DNA from: Azolla caroliniana
Taxonomy: Eukaryota; Plantae; Polypodiophyta
Length of the DNA: 64,000 bases
NCBI GenBank assembly: GCA_043228905.1
Contig: JBHGNT010000006.1
Coordinates: forward strand, 15,128,001 to 15,192,000
Direction: 5' to 3'
The position numbers and the translations under genes were made by a program. The notes beneath the pieces are model-generated. The model saw nothing but the letters and a program-made list of their open reading frames with translations, had not been told where the DNA came from and did not search any database. Below, piece after piece: positions 34,249 through 46,679 of this stretch (position 1 is its first letter; every line of letters starts with the position of its first letter).

Positions 34249-37060
34249 CTTCCTGCGCTTGCCGTAACTCTCGGATTGCATCCTTATCTGGTTCTGCTTC
34301 AGTCTCTTTCGGCTGTGGTAAGTATGGTGCTACTGCTTCAGCAATGTCAATTTCGAAGAGGGGTACGATCTTCGGGTTTTCCTGCAAGTATTGAGCTTCT
34401 TTTTCATCAGCTAACCCTTCTAGCATGTTGACGCACTCTGCATACAACGGTGTACATTCCTTGCCAATGCTCGTCCTTGGTTGTGTTGGTACACGTACCT
34501 TGGCTTTTCCTCGCCGGAAGGTAATTATATTTTTCCTCCAATTATGTTTGATATGTGTCGTTTTCAACCATGGCCGCCCCAGCAATAGCGGGTACGCGCC
34601 TTGTGCCTGTAATTGTAGCACTACTGCCAAGATGTGAAATGTATGACCACCAACGGTGACTTCTAATTTTCGTATTAATCCTGTCGGCCGCACTGAACTT
34701 GTATCGGTCATCCGTAACCAGAATGGACATGGCTCCCACTCGTGGATTCCCAGGGCATCACACGTCCGAAGGCTTATTACATTCACACCAGAGCCTCCGT
34801 CTATTACTGTGCTGGGGAGTTCTTTCCCTTTTACAATGGCGGTAATTACTGGACTGTTGGTGTCCACTACTGTTGGTCCCTCCTCCGGATTCGAGAAGAG
34901 TACCGGTGCCGGTGATGATTCTCCTGCCTTCATGGCTGTCTTCAGTCCTTCCGTGAATCTCGGCACGAGCTGTAGGAGTCTTCCTAGTGGCAGCGTAATC
35001 TGGCATTCTTGCAACGCCTGCCATGTCTCGTTCTCGGAGTGACTGCCGCCGGCAAGCCCTATGGTGTTCTCTTTTTGCCGCTCTAAGTCTGTTACGTTTT
35101 GCTCGTTTGCTTTCTTCACCCATTCCGTCGCTTGCTTCCGGATGGTCTCCTACATCTCCCATTCCTTGGCCATGCCCTTCGACCTTGTGGTCACCTGCTG
35201 CAGATCTGCCACTTCAGGGACTATCATATTTACTGTCGGTCATTTGTCATAGCTCTTCGCCAGGCATTGATTACTATAATGGCCTTCCTGTCGGCAGTAG
35301 TAGCAGTAGGCTTTCCGGGTATTGCTGGATTCGGCATTGTTTGTTGTACCCGGGGCAGGTCCTGTGGCAAGCGCGGGGTTTTGGGTCGGTTGGCTGCTTG
35401 AAGCTCCTTGTTCCGGATCCCGTGGGTGGCCGCCTTTTTTGAAATGCCGTTTTTTGTTATAGTTCTTCTTATTGCGGTACTCTTGACGAGGTTGGTCGTT
35501 ATATCTGCCGTATTCCTCCCGTTGCTGACGATACCCGGGGGAGTGCTCCCGGTCGTAATGTTCGTATCGTCTATTGTAATCCCGGTACAGATCATTTCTA
35601 TCGTCCCGGTCGTAGTTATCCCGTCGATCATCGTACCGGACATCATTCTCACGTCGATCGCCATACCGGACATCCTGTGCCAGTCGGTATCGGTCCATTC
35701 GCCGCCAGCGTTCCTCTTCTTCATCGCGGTTGCTGCGTGGCTCTATTTGTCGGATGGGCGGTGCTTGCCGGTTCAATAGATTATACTCGCGCCTATCCGT
35801 CGTATGGTCCTTGGATTGACAGATTACACATTGCGTCCTCATCGTGCATTCTAGTGCCGAGTGTCCGGAATTCAAGCAGGTTGTGCACTGTATTGCTTGC
35901 CGAAACCGAAGGTCTTCATCAAACGGTAACACCTGTTGGAGTGCTCCCAGTGTGAGCCAGGAGCTTGTCTTTTCCATCTCTCTCACCCGGTCAATGACCT
36001 GGTCGATGGTACTTGCGCGGAAGTCAATTACCGTGCAAACCGTGCGTAGGGGTTCCCGGAGCGCATTTAGAAATATAGTCTGTAATTCCTCCTCCGAGGG
36101 TGCGCGGGCAAGCTGACTATGCATCCGTTGAAACCGGATGACAAACTGGGGAATGCTCTCCCCTTCCTCCTGTCGGATGGTATAAAACAAACCCACCATT
36201 ACTGTCTGGTCCACCTCCTTTTGGAAAAAATGCAAGAATTTAGCTTTTAAATCTACGAAGGTGGTGATGGTAGACGGGTCCTGCGTCCGGCGTCCTGCTG
36301 CCGGTCCCTCTAATGTGACGCCAAATTCCGCTATCTTAGAGCGTTCCTCTTCCTCCGGGGTCAATCGCTGGGACACATGGTTTGCTTCCCATGTCTGTTC
36401 AAAGGCATGAACATGAGCTTCTGCATCCGGATCATCTCTATACTTGGAGTACTGGAACAGCATGTCGTCATCCGGTATCAGTGCGCGGGTTGGTGGTGTT
36501 GGTGGTCGTTCCTGGTTATTCTCCGGCGTCGGTGGTCTTTCCTCTTCTTTTGGTGACGGAGGCCTCTCCTACTCGACTTCCGGTGTCGGAGGTCGCTCTT
36601 CCTCTGCTTCTGGTTCCGGAGGTTCCAGCCTTAGCACTTCCGGTTCCGGTGTCGGTAATGTGTCCGATCCTTCGTCCTCCGGTCCGCCCGGGGTGTCGAT
36701 GCTACTATGGTTGTTCGTGTGCACGCTATATCCCCCTTCAGAATCCGATTCATACGTTGAAAAGGCTTCTGCTTCGCCTTCTCCACTTGCCAACGCCTGG
36801 AGAACTTATTCGGTTTCCCGGAGGCTTATTAGGTTGCTGCCATCGTCTGGGTGCGATGGTTGCTGTAACCGGAGGGACTCCTCCGCTACTCTCCAGATTA
36901 CGTTGGAAAACGAGCGATCCGCTGTAATTTCCTGCGCCGGTTGCTGGAAAGCCTCACGTCTCCTTTGCCTTTCGGCAAGGCGTCGAGTTCGATCTGTAAC
37001 CAGGTCATGCGTTGATCTAGTCATCCATTCATGCTGTCGTTCGCTGCAAAAACAGGAATC

Positions 37061-37070
37061 GTGGTCGCCA
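37061..37070 (-). other. Sense-strand PBS of element B, tRNA-Arg(UCG) type
   Basis: TGGCGACCAC, 7 nt (CAGTTTT) after the 5' LTR end GTTAACA and upstream of gag. Confidence 0.7.
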
Positions 37071-37517
37071 AAAACTGTGTTAACTCTTAGGGCCGGACAA
37101 TGGCCTAACACAGGGTGTCTACGGAAGACACTTCACCAAAGGGGTGTTATGGCAAGAGGATTAGGCTCAACGATTAATCCGACTTAATTAGGTTACTTAG
37201 CAAGATCGTCCTTAATAATCACACGCGTAAGATATAACAATGAATGCAGAACGGAAATTAACACAGAGAGATAAAAACACTAAGCTTCATTAATTATCCG
37301 TTGCTCATTACATTGTATCCGGGCCTTTAAATAGGTTTCCGGTTTGTAGTACAAAACGGTGCCATCCGCACCGGTTCGGGATCAGTTCGGATCCGAAACG
37401 GCATACCGATTCCGGTCCGTCCGTCCACACTAATAGCTTACTTACAACCATTCCTTAATAATTAAATAACTCCTTCGTTTCACACTCTGGACTCCTTTGC
37501 TGGCCGGTAACAATCAT

Positions 37518-38773
37518 CCCCAAATAGATGGACAAGCAGAACGTACTAATCAAACGCTCGAACAATATCTTCGTTGTTTCTTAAGCTATCAACAAGATGA
37601 TTGGGCAGATATCCTACACTTTGCTGAATTTTCTTATAATAACTCTATTCCCTCCTCTACTAGGGTTACAACATTCTATGCTTATACAGGCTATCATCCT
37701 CGTTGATGTGTGTTAGAAACTCCTGAGTTACCCATAAATCCTAGTGCAGAGGATCATTTGGAGAGGCTACGACAAATTCAGGCAGAACTATCTACTCACC
37801 TGCATCACGCCCAACAAACACAAAAGGATTATGTGGATCGTCATCGGCTTCCATCCTATTTTGATATTGGAGATAGGGTATGGCTATTACAACGACACAT
37901 CAAGACTACTCGACCATGTGGCAAACAGGATTATCGACGGTTAGGGCCTTTCCGTATTAACGGAAAATTAATGATGTCAGATTTCGCCTTGATCTACCTC
38001 TACAACTATGTATACATCCGGTATTTCATAGTTGTCTTCTAGAAACCTATCAAGATAGCACTATTCCCAATCGTATTACACCACCTCCACCCCCGATCGA
38101 ACTTGAAGATGGACCTGAGTACGAGGTTGCGGCCATCCTCGATTCCAAGATTGTTCGCAACAATCTCTACTATTTGGTCGATTGGCTAGGCTATAGTCCA
38201 AGCGAGCGTACTTGGGAACCATTAGAGAATGTGGCCAATGCTTGAGCTCTTCTTGAAGACTTCCATCGTCAATATCCAGACAAACTAGGTCCTCAATCAA
38301 AGACGACTCGTAACGCTCACCTTTTAAAGGGGGGGATAGTGTCATGATATGACATGGTATGGCTCCAAAATGATTTAAAGCCATGACCTTGTGATACATG
38401 GGTTTAACCCTTACCATTAAACTATGCATTGCAATATGAAAGATTTTATTTTCATTTATTATTTTACTATAGGAAATTCATGTGTATTCCAGATTACTCT
38501 CGAACATTCTAGAAACTTTAGGAGTACTCTTGATAATACTATAAAAAGCAGCACATGGCATTATTCAAAACCAATTCGGTTCAATGCTAGTCTTAAGCCT
38601 CCTAGTTGTTCTTGTATCTTCTCTTCATATAATATACCACTTGTTATCATCATTCTCTCTCTCTCTCTTTCTCTCCTTCTCTCGTGAGTCCCTCTTAGTA
38701 CTAATCCTAATAGTACTTTCCTCATTTATCTCTAGTACTAATTCCCTCTCTGTCTTTAATACTATTTCTGACA
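37518..38773 (+). mobile_element. 3' part of a Tcn1-like chromovirus: integrase, chromodomain, PPT and 3' LTR (38340-38773)
   Basis: DGQAERTN, LGPF, EYEVAAILDS; AAAGGGGGGGATAG-TGTCATG...CTGACA; LTR homologous to 15842-16260. Confidence 0.9.
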
Positions 38774-41700
38774 CCTCCCACATCAACACCTTTAGTCGGG
38801 TGTTTTCTGAACTCTCCTCATAAGGGATTAACTTTGATCAAGAAGTGAAAGCCCTTGTCCTCCTATCGAGCTTGCCGACGAGTTGGGAGGTATTCTGCAC
38901 GACATTCACCAATATCCGACCAAATCTAAATCTAGAGGAAACAATCGGCCAAGTCCTCACAAGGGACATTCGGCGAAAATCGATGGGACTCACCACTCAA
39001 CCGAGTCGATTGACCAATACAGTCAATCGAGAGAAAAAGCCAACAAAACCGGTCGGAATACCGATTAGTCGAAAACAAGGGGAGACTAACAGTGGTCGAA
39101 GTCAAGAACCAGTAGACCAGGCAATTTCTACACACACTACAAAAAAGTCAGTCAAAACGTTTCTGACTGCTAGTCAATCAAGAGGAAAGAGTGTGGTTGT
39201 CGATCCGAGTGGAACCCAAGATGATCCGACTTGAACTGCTCTCCCATCGGCAACCAAGTCAATGTTGTCCACACCCAATTACGAGAAATCCTCTCCTTAG
39301 AGGACTTGATGGTCAAAGAAGTCCTCTACAGTGCACAAGATGCACACACATGGTTACTAGATTATGGTGCCACATTCCACGTGACCCCTAATATCGAATG
39401 GTTTTCGAACTATTCGGCTGGAGCCAACGACACAATCCGACTAGGCAATGCGCAAGAATGCAAAATCGTCGGAGTTGGCGATGTACCAATTCAATTGTCA
39501 AATGGAAACATGATAATCTTGCACCAAGTCTGGCACGTACCCGCACTAAAAAGGAGTCTAGTCTCCATCGGCATGTTAGCCGAAGATGGGTATCAAATGA
39601 CTCTCAATAAGTCAACATGGATGATCTGCCGTGGAAACCCAAAAGTAGGAAGCAAACACAAGTACAACAACTTGTATCCAATGATGACGATCAATCTAGA
39701 AGGGGTCATGAATATAGCTGAAAATACCGGCCTGAACTTATGGCATGGCCGACTCGGCCATATGTTTCAAGTCGGACTTGATCGGCTAATGGCAAACGGC
39801 TACATCCTGAGACTCCAAGCAAAGACGGAGTTTTGAGAGCATTGCCAATATATGACAAAAACTTGAATTCCACACTCTCTCCACTAGGAGATGGTACGAC
39901 AACCCCTAGAGCTCATGCACACAGATATATGTGGACCTTTGCCTGAGCGATCACTAGCAGGCCCCAGATACTTCATCACATTTGTAGATGACTGTGATGA
40001 GAATAACGTAAAATATTGCTCGACCACAACCGAGCCTTCAACACTTCTCTAAGAATGAAACACAAAAATGGGAAGTGGAGAGTACACAAAGGAAATACAC
40101 AGGATGTTTACGTGGAAAACCATAAATGGGAAAAACCACAGGAGCCCACGGACTCAAACTATCACTATAGGAGAAAGGTACAATCAGAGCCTCGGAGGCA
40201 ACGACCTCAAGCTCTGTATCTTCGCCAACCGGCGGTTACAACAGAGTGTCACTCTATATCTCACTCTCTCTCTCTCTTTGTCGCTCTCTCTATATTACAA
40301 TATGACAATAACAATTGCGCCATACCTCCTAAACCCTAAACCCTAAACATATTTATAGATACGTCTCTCTTCTAGTTCTCACCTGCTCTCTTCCGGTTCT
40401 CACAGGGTCTCCTCCGGTTTCCGGATCTCTTCCGGTTCTCATTGGTCCTCTTCATTCATCACCGGACCCCATCCAGACAAACCGATTTCCCAACAATCTC
40501 CCCCTTCACTCCGGCATGGCATGTCTTGTCAGGCCGATCCGCTTTCGGCATGCGTCCAGCTTGTCAGTTGTCAGTACCTTGGTCAGCATGTCCGACCCGT
40601 TCTCCTTCGTGTGGATCTTCATCAGCATGAACTCTTGATCTTCTACTCTCTCCCGGATCCAGTGGTACCTCCGTTGGATATGTTTCGTCGGGGAATGGTA
40701 GACAACGTTCTTTGCAAGGTAGATGGCACTTTGACTATTGCAATAGAGCCGGTATTCCTCCTGTTGGATTCCTAGCTCTCCAATGAAGTCCTTCATCCAG
40801 ATTATCTCCTTGTCGGCTTCTACAGCTACCATATACTCCACCTCCATGGTTGACAACGCAATCCGTCTTCTGCAGCCTCGACTGCCAGGAAACAACTCCC
40901 CCTGCATAGGTCATGACATATCCGGATGTAGATCGGCTGGTATCCGTATCAACCGACATTCCGAGTCCGTGAATCCATTAGGTTGGGGATTATCGGAGCC
41001 GAACCGGAGACACATACTCGAAGTGCCTTTCAGATACCAGAGTATCCACTTGACCGCGTTCCAATGCTCTTTGTCAGGATTGCTCATGAACCGGCTCACC
41101 ATTCCAACTACATATCAGATATCCGGTCAGGTACATACCATCGCGTACATCAAGCTCCCGACGGCAGAAGCATATGGTATCTTCATCATATCCATCTTCT
41201 CCGCCTTTGTGCTTGGGCTTTGTTTCCCGAATAGCTTGCAGTTTGCCGGAACTGTCGATTCGACCAATTTCACCTCCGACATGTTGAACCTTTGAAGCAC
41301 CTTTGTCACATACTTCTCCTATGACAACCACAATAGCTTCTTCGACCGGTCCCAGATGATGTGCATTCCCAATATCTGTCTTGCCAGACCCAAGTCTTTC
41401 ATTGAGAAGGTCCAGTTCAAAGCCTTCTTCAGCATCCAGATCTTGCCTTGGTCTCGTCCAACGATCAACATATCATCCACATATAGGAGGAGTATCAAGA
41501 AATCTCCTTCGTCGAATTTCTTCACAAATACACAGTGATCGACATGCGTCTTCTGGTACCCTTGGTCGGTCATGAAGGAGTCAAACTTCCGGTACCATTG
41601 TCAGGGAGCTTGCTTCAGTCCGTATAGGCTCTTCTTCAGTCGGCACACCAAGTGCTCCTTCACTTTCTTCTCAAATCCTTCTAGTTGATGCATGTAGATC

Positions 41701-44700
41701 TCCTCTTCGAGGTCACCATGAAGGAATGTCGTCTTCACGTCCAATTTCTCTACCTCGAGTTCTATCCTTGCCGTTATGCCAATACCATCCGGATGGACGT
41801 CATCTTTACTACCGGGGCAAAGATCTCATCGAAATCCACTCCTTTCTTCTGTTGGATGCCCTTCACCACGATTCGGGCCTTCTACCTTGGTGGATTTCCA
41901 GCATCTCCTGGTTTGAGTTTGTACACCCACCTGTTCCCCGTGCTCTCTTCCCTTTCGGCAACTCGGTCAGTTCATACGTGTGGTTCTCATGCAAGGAATC
42001 CATCTCATCCTACATGGCACTCAACCACTTGCAGTTGTGGGTGTATCTGTTTGCTTCTTTGAAGCTTTCCGGGTCCCCCTCATCAGTTAGCAACACGTGC
42101 TCTACATCCGAAAATCTTTGGGGGGCTCTTCTCTCTCAGAGAGGATATCTCCGTCCTTGGTTTCTGATTTCCAGTTCCTGCATTTGTTCTTCATTCGAAT
42201 CCGATTTAGGATCTTGTCCGGTTCCGGTGTCTTCTTCTTCTTCTTCGGTCGGTTCGGTTTCTTGTCCATATCCGACTGGTTCGTCGAGTGTCATCCGGTT
42301 ACTGGCTAGCATCCGGTTTTCAACCAAGTAAGTCCTTGTGTCCGTTGGCCAGTTTTCATTGGATGATCCGGAGTTGATCATCATCTTCTCCAACTCCCAG
42401 TCGGCAATGGTCCTGTCTTCCATGAAGACTATGTCCCGACTCCGGAACACCTTCTTGTCGACCAGATCCCACACCCGGTAACCGAACTCATCATCGCCGA
42501 ATCCAAGGAATATGCATGGTTGGGACTTAGGATCCAACTTTGCTCTCTTGTCCTTCGCCACATGCACGTATGCGAGACACCCGAACACCTTAAGATGTCG
42601 GTAAGATACATCTTTGCCGGTCCATACTTTCTGAGGTGAGTCTCCTCCCAAGGGTACTGAGGGTGATCTGTTTATCATGTAGGTCGTCGTCGTTAGCGCC
42701 TTAGCCCAACACATCTTGGGTAACTCCGGACTCTCTCCATTATCTGCTCGAACCACCTTCAACTTCCGGTCGGTTTCTCTTTCCACTCTCGGGTGGAGTT
42801 CCTTGAAGACGGATAGTACTTGATCCTTCGTCTTCAACGGTGAGACCCACAACTTCCGGCTGTGGTCATCTATGAATGTTACGAAGTACTGCGATCCGGC
42901 ATATGACTTCGTGTCCACTTAACACACATCCATATGCACCAGCTCCAGTGGGGCATTCCGTCTCATCGGTGTTCTTGACCGGAAGGAGGTTCAGTTTTTC
43001 TTGTTGGCCGAGCAATCGGTGCACTTCTCAAGTTGCACGTCCTTCACCAGAATGAGGTTGACTTCGAAAAGCTTCTACATCCCCTTCTCACTCATGCGAC
43101 ACAGTCTTTTGTGCCACACCTCAGCGGCAATGTCGGATGCTACGTTCACTTCTTCCCGACATATCCAAGTATTCATCAAGTACAGTGTGTTGATCTTCCG
43201 GGCTCGAGCCACTATCAAGCTTCCCTTGCTAAACTTCATGACTTCGTTCCGAATGCTACCCATGTAGCCTTCATCATCTAGCCTACCGGCTGATATCAGG
43301 TTCAGTCGAACCTCCGGAACATGTCGGACATCCTTCAGCAACAATTTGCATCTAGTTGATGTCATCAACAATACGTCTCCTATGCCAACAATTCGGCATG
43401 TGCCTTCATTCCCCATCCGTACACAACCATGATCACCAGTTGTGTAGGATGAGAAGCATCTCCGGTTCGGTGTCAGGTGGAACGATGCTCCGGAATCGAC
43501 AACCCACGTTGTCTCGTCGCCGACAAAGTTTAACTCATTCTCTTTGGTAATGAGCATCAGTTCTTCTTCACTTGTCGCGATCGCCGACGTTCCCTTTTGA
43601 TTTAGTCCGAACTCTTCTTGGAAATGGTAGTGTTGATTTCTTTCTCCTTCCAGAAATGTCAACAGTTCTTTTGGAAGTGCCCCAGCTTCCCGCAATAGAA
43701 GCATGTGGGCATCCCCCTTGACTTTGACCTCATCCCCGATTTGTCCCGGTTTTGGGGACTCCGATACTGGCCTCTTCCCCAGTTGTGGTCATCTTCCGTG
43801 ACCAAGGCCTTCGGATCGGTTCGAGACTCCTGGTCCTTCTGGCAAGCTTCTTCATCTAGCAAGCTTTATTTTACCCTTGCTAGGGACAATTGTTTTCCTT
43901 CCGGCCCGGTGCTGCCCAACGTGACAACTAACGTCTCCCAGCTATTCGGGAGGGAACTGAGCAGGAGCAATGCGAGTACCTCATCAGCGAGAGGTACTTC
44001 CAACAATGTTTCTTGATGTATCAGCCCCTGGAAGGCATTCATGTGCTCCCCCATACTGGAGTCGTCCTAGTACCGAAGCCTCACTAGTTTCCGGAATACC
44101 GAAACCCGATTAACAGCATTCTTGTTCTAGAACATGATGCCCATCTTCTCCCAGAGTTCATGAGCCTTGCTCTCTTCATTGAAGTTGTTGTACAAGCTCA
44201 TGTTGATGAAGCATTGGATGTAGGCCGTCGTCTTCATGTGCATCACCTCCCACACTATGTCGTCGATCTTACCCGGTCTTTTGTCCCCGAACTGAACCGG
44301 CAACCAAAGATCTTTAACCACCAGCATTTCCCTCATCTTCGACTTCCACACTGAGTAGTTGGAGCCAGAGAGCTTGAACATGCCGCCAAAAAATTCTTCC
44401 ATTTCCTGTGTTGTTCACTCTAATAGCAAATTGATGAGAATAATGCGAAATATTGCTCGGCTGCAACCGAGCCTTGAACACTTCCCTGAGAATGAAACAC
44501 AGAAATGGAAAGTGGAGAGTACACAAAGGAAATACATAGGATGTTTACATGGAAAACCCTAAATGAGAAAAACCACAGGAGCCCACGGACTCCAACTATC
44601 ACTATAGGAGAAAGGTACAATCAAAGCCTCGGAGGCAACAACCTCGAGCTCTGTATCTTCGCCAACCGGCGGTTACAATAGGGTGTCGCTTTGTATCTCA

Positions 44701-46225
44701 CTCTCTCTCTCTCTATCGCTCTCTCTATATTACAATATGACAATAACAACTGCGTCATACTGAAAGAGATTGCCCTAAATCGTATTTATACTTATATGAG
44801 CTTAGGAATATTTACAAATATACCCTCAATAGGCTTACTCAAAAAACATATTTATAGATATGTCTCTCTTCCGGTTCTCACCCGCTCTCTTCCGGTTCTC
44901 ATCGGGTCTCCTCCGGTTTCCGGATCTCTTCCGGTTCTCACTAGGTCCGCTTCATTCATCACCGGATCCCATCTAGAGACATTGATTTCCCAACAGACTG
45001 TACATGGATGGTCTGGGCCTACTCGATTAGGTCGAAAGATGAAGCGCTCGAGGTCTTCACTCGGTGAACAACTGAAGTGGAGAACCGATCAGGATACATA
45101 GTGAAGACACTTTGATCTAACAACGGAGGTGAATACACCTCCCGAGCCTTCAAATAGTACCTGTCCAACAATCCGAACCAAGCACATACGAAGAAGTTAT
45201 AGCCGCACCTAACGCTGATACATTGCTACAAGCCATGCAATCCGAGATGGACTCGATTCGACAAAATCAAACATGGGAGTTGGTCGAACTACCAGTAGGG
45301 AGGAAGCCACTACCTTGCAAATGGGTATTCCGATCTACAAATATGTATCTGATTTAGAGAAGTCCAAATACAAAGCTCAACTCATCCTGAATGGGTTCAA
45401 ACAGGAACATGAAGTCGACTACGATGAGATATTCTCACCAGAAGTCAATATGACCACCCTTCGGCTCCTACTCGAGGTTGTGGCGACAGAGGACCTAGAG
45501 CTTGAGCAACTAGACGTCAAGACGGCTTTCCTACATCAAGATCTAGAAGAAGACATCTACGTGTCTCAATGAGCAAGCGTCATGGCAACAGGTCACCTCG
45601 TATGTCGACTGAAGAAAAGCCTTTATGGCTTAAAACAAGCATTGAGGATGTGGTACCAGAAGTTTGACTTCTACATCCGACAGCTCAGCTATAACCGGTC
45701 CGACTCCAACCTATGTCTATATACTCGGCAATTGGCCAACGAGTCTCGGATCTATCTGATCGTATATGTCTACAACATGTTGATTGTAGGAAGCAATGAA
45801 GTCGAAATCGAAAAGTTAAAGCAAAGTCTTCACGAAAAGTTTGTGATGACGGAACTCAGACAAGCCCAACACATACTGGGCATGAGGTTAAAGTGAAATT
45901 GGATAGCAAAATCTCTCCGACTCTCCCAATCCGACTATATTTGCAAGGTGTTGAAGCGCTTCAACATGGAGAACGCGAAGCCAACACCAACACCGCTTCC
46001 GACGTCAATCTGACTATCGAATAGAGACTCTCCTTCGACGGATAAGGAGAGAGAGTGAAGTGGAAAGATACCCTATGCATTCACCATAGGAAGTATCATG
46101 TATGCGATGGTGGCGACCCGACCCGATCTTGCCTATGCCGTGGGGGTGGTCAGTTGGTACATGTCAAACCCAGGACGGAAGCATTGGGAGGTCGTCAAGC
46201 ACATCTTCAAGTATCTAAGAGGGAT
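38774..46225 (+). mobile_element. Copia D: degenerate Ty1/Copia fragment (gag end, PR, IN start, RT), interrupted by Copia E
   Basis: SHINTFSRV, WLLDYGATFH, LWHGRLGH, FITFVDD; after 45000 [27 protein letters not shown]. Confidence 0.85.
39995..44995 (-). mobile_element. Copia E: full-length degenerate Tork-like Copia; LTRs 39995-40495 and 44432-44995; TSD GACTG
   Basis: GACTG on both flanks; PPT at 40496-40510; decayed Met PBS at 44418-44428; all domains present with stops; related to Copia C. Confidence 0.93.
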
Positions 46226-46679
46226 TGTTGGTCAAAGTATGGTCCGGAGGACAAATGTGGAAAGGGATGAGTTGGGGCCTGATATTATATTAATAATTAC
46301 TTAGAAGTACTATAGGAACAGACGGATCCGGAATAGTTGCACCAATCCGAATCCGGACCAATTCATTGCCGGTTGCTGGTATGGCACCGTTTTGTACTTC
46401 GAACCGGAGGCCTATAAAAGGATCCGGGAATCAATGTAATAGACACAGAAGTAATATAAGTTTGTTTCTGGAATTTAGTATTGTGTATCTTGTCTACTTA
46501 TCATTTGTGCTTAATTTTATATCTTACTTGTGCTAATCAATCGGTGATATATAGTCATTCCGGAACAGTTAGATTAGAATCATATTTGTGCCAGTTAACA
46601 TCCTACCCATAATCACCCCTTTGGTGAGTGATCAAGAAGGACACCCTGTATTTGTGGTTAGTCCAGCCCATGATAAGCA
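46226..46679 (+). mobile_element. Isolated LTR related to the element-B family
   Basis: Starts TGTTGG; 3' part CACCCCTTTGGTGAGTG...GACACCCTGT resembles the reverse complement of the element-B LTR; no matching TSD. Confidence 0.65.

Larger units (their letters stand above)
21907..37512 (-). mobile_element. Element B: full-length Athila/Tat-like Ty3/Gypsy; 435-bp LTRs at 21907-22341 and 37078-37512; TSD ATCAT
   Basis: LTRs about 97% identical by eye (about 13 differences), TGTTA...TAACA ends. gag 35240-36463 with Zn knuckles, protease (IDGGSG) 34254-35119, RT 27939-28556 and 27168-27797, integrase 25578-27005, extra ORF 22342-25192. Confidence 0.96.
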
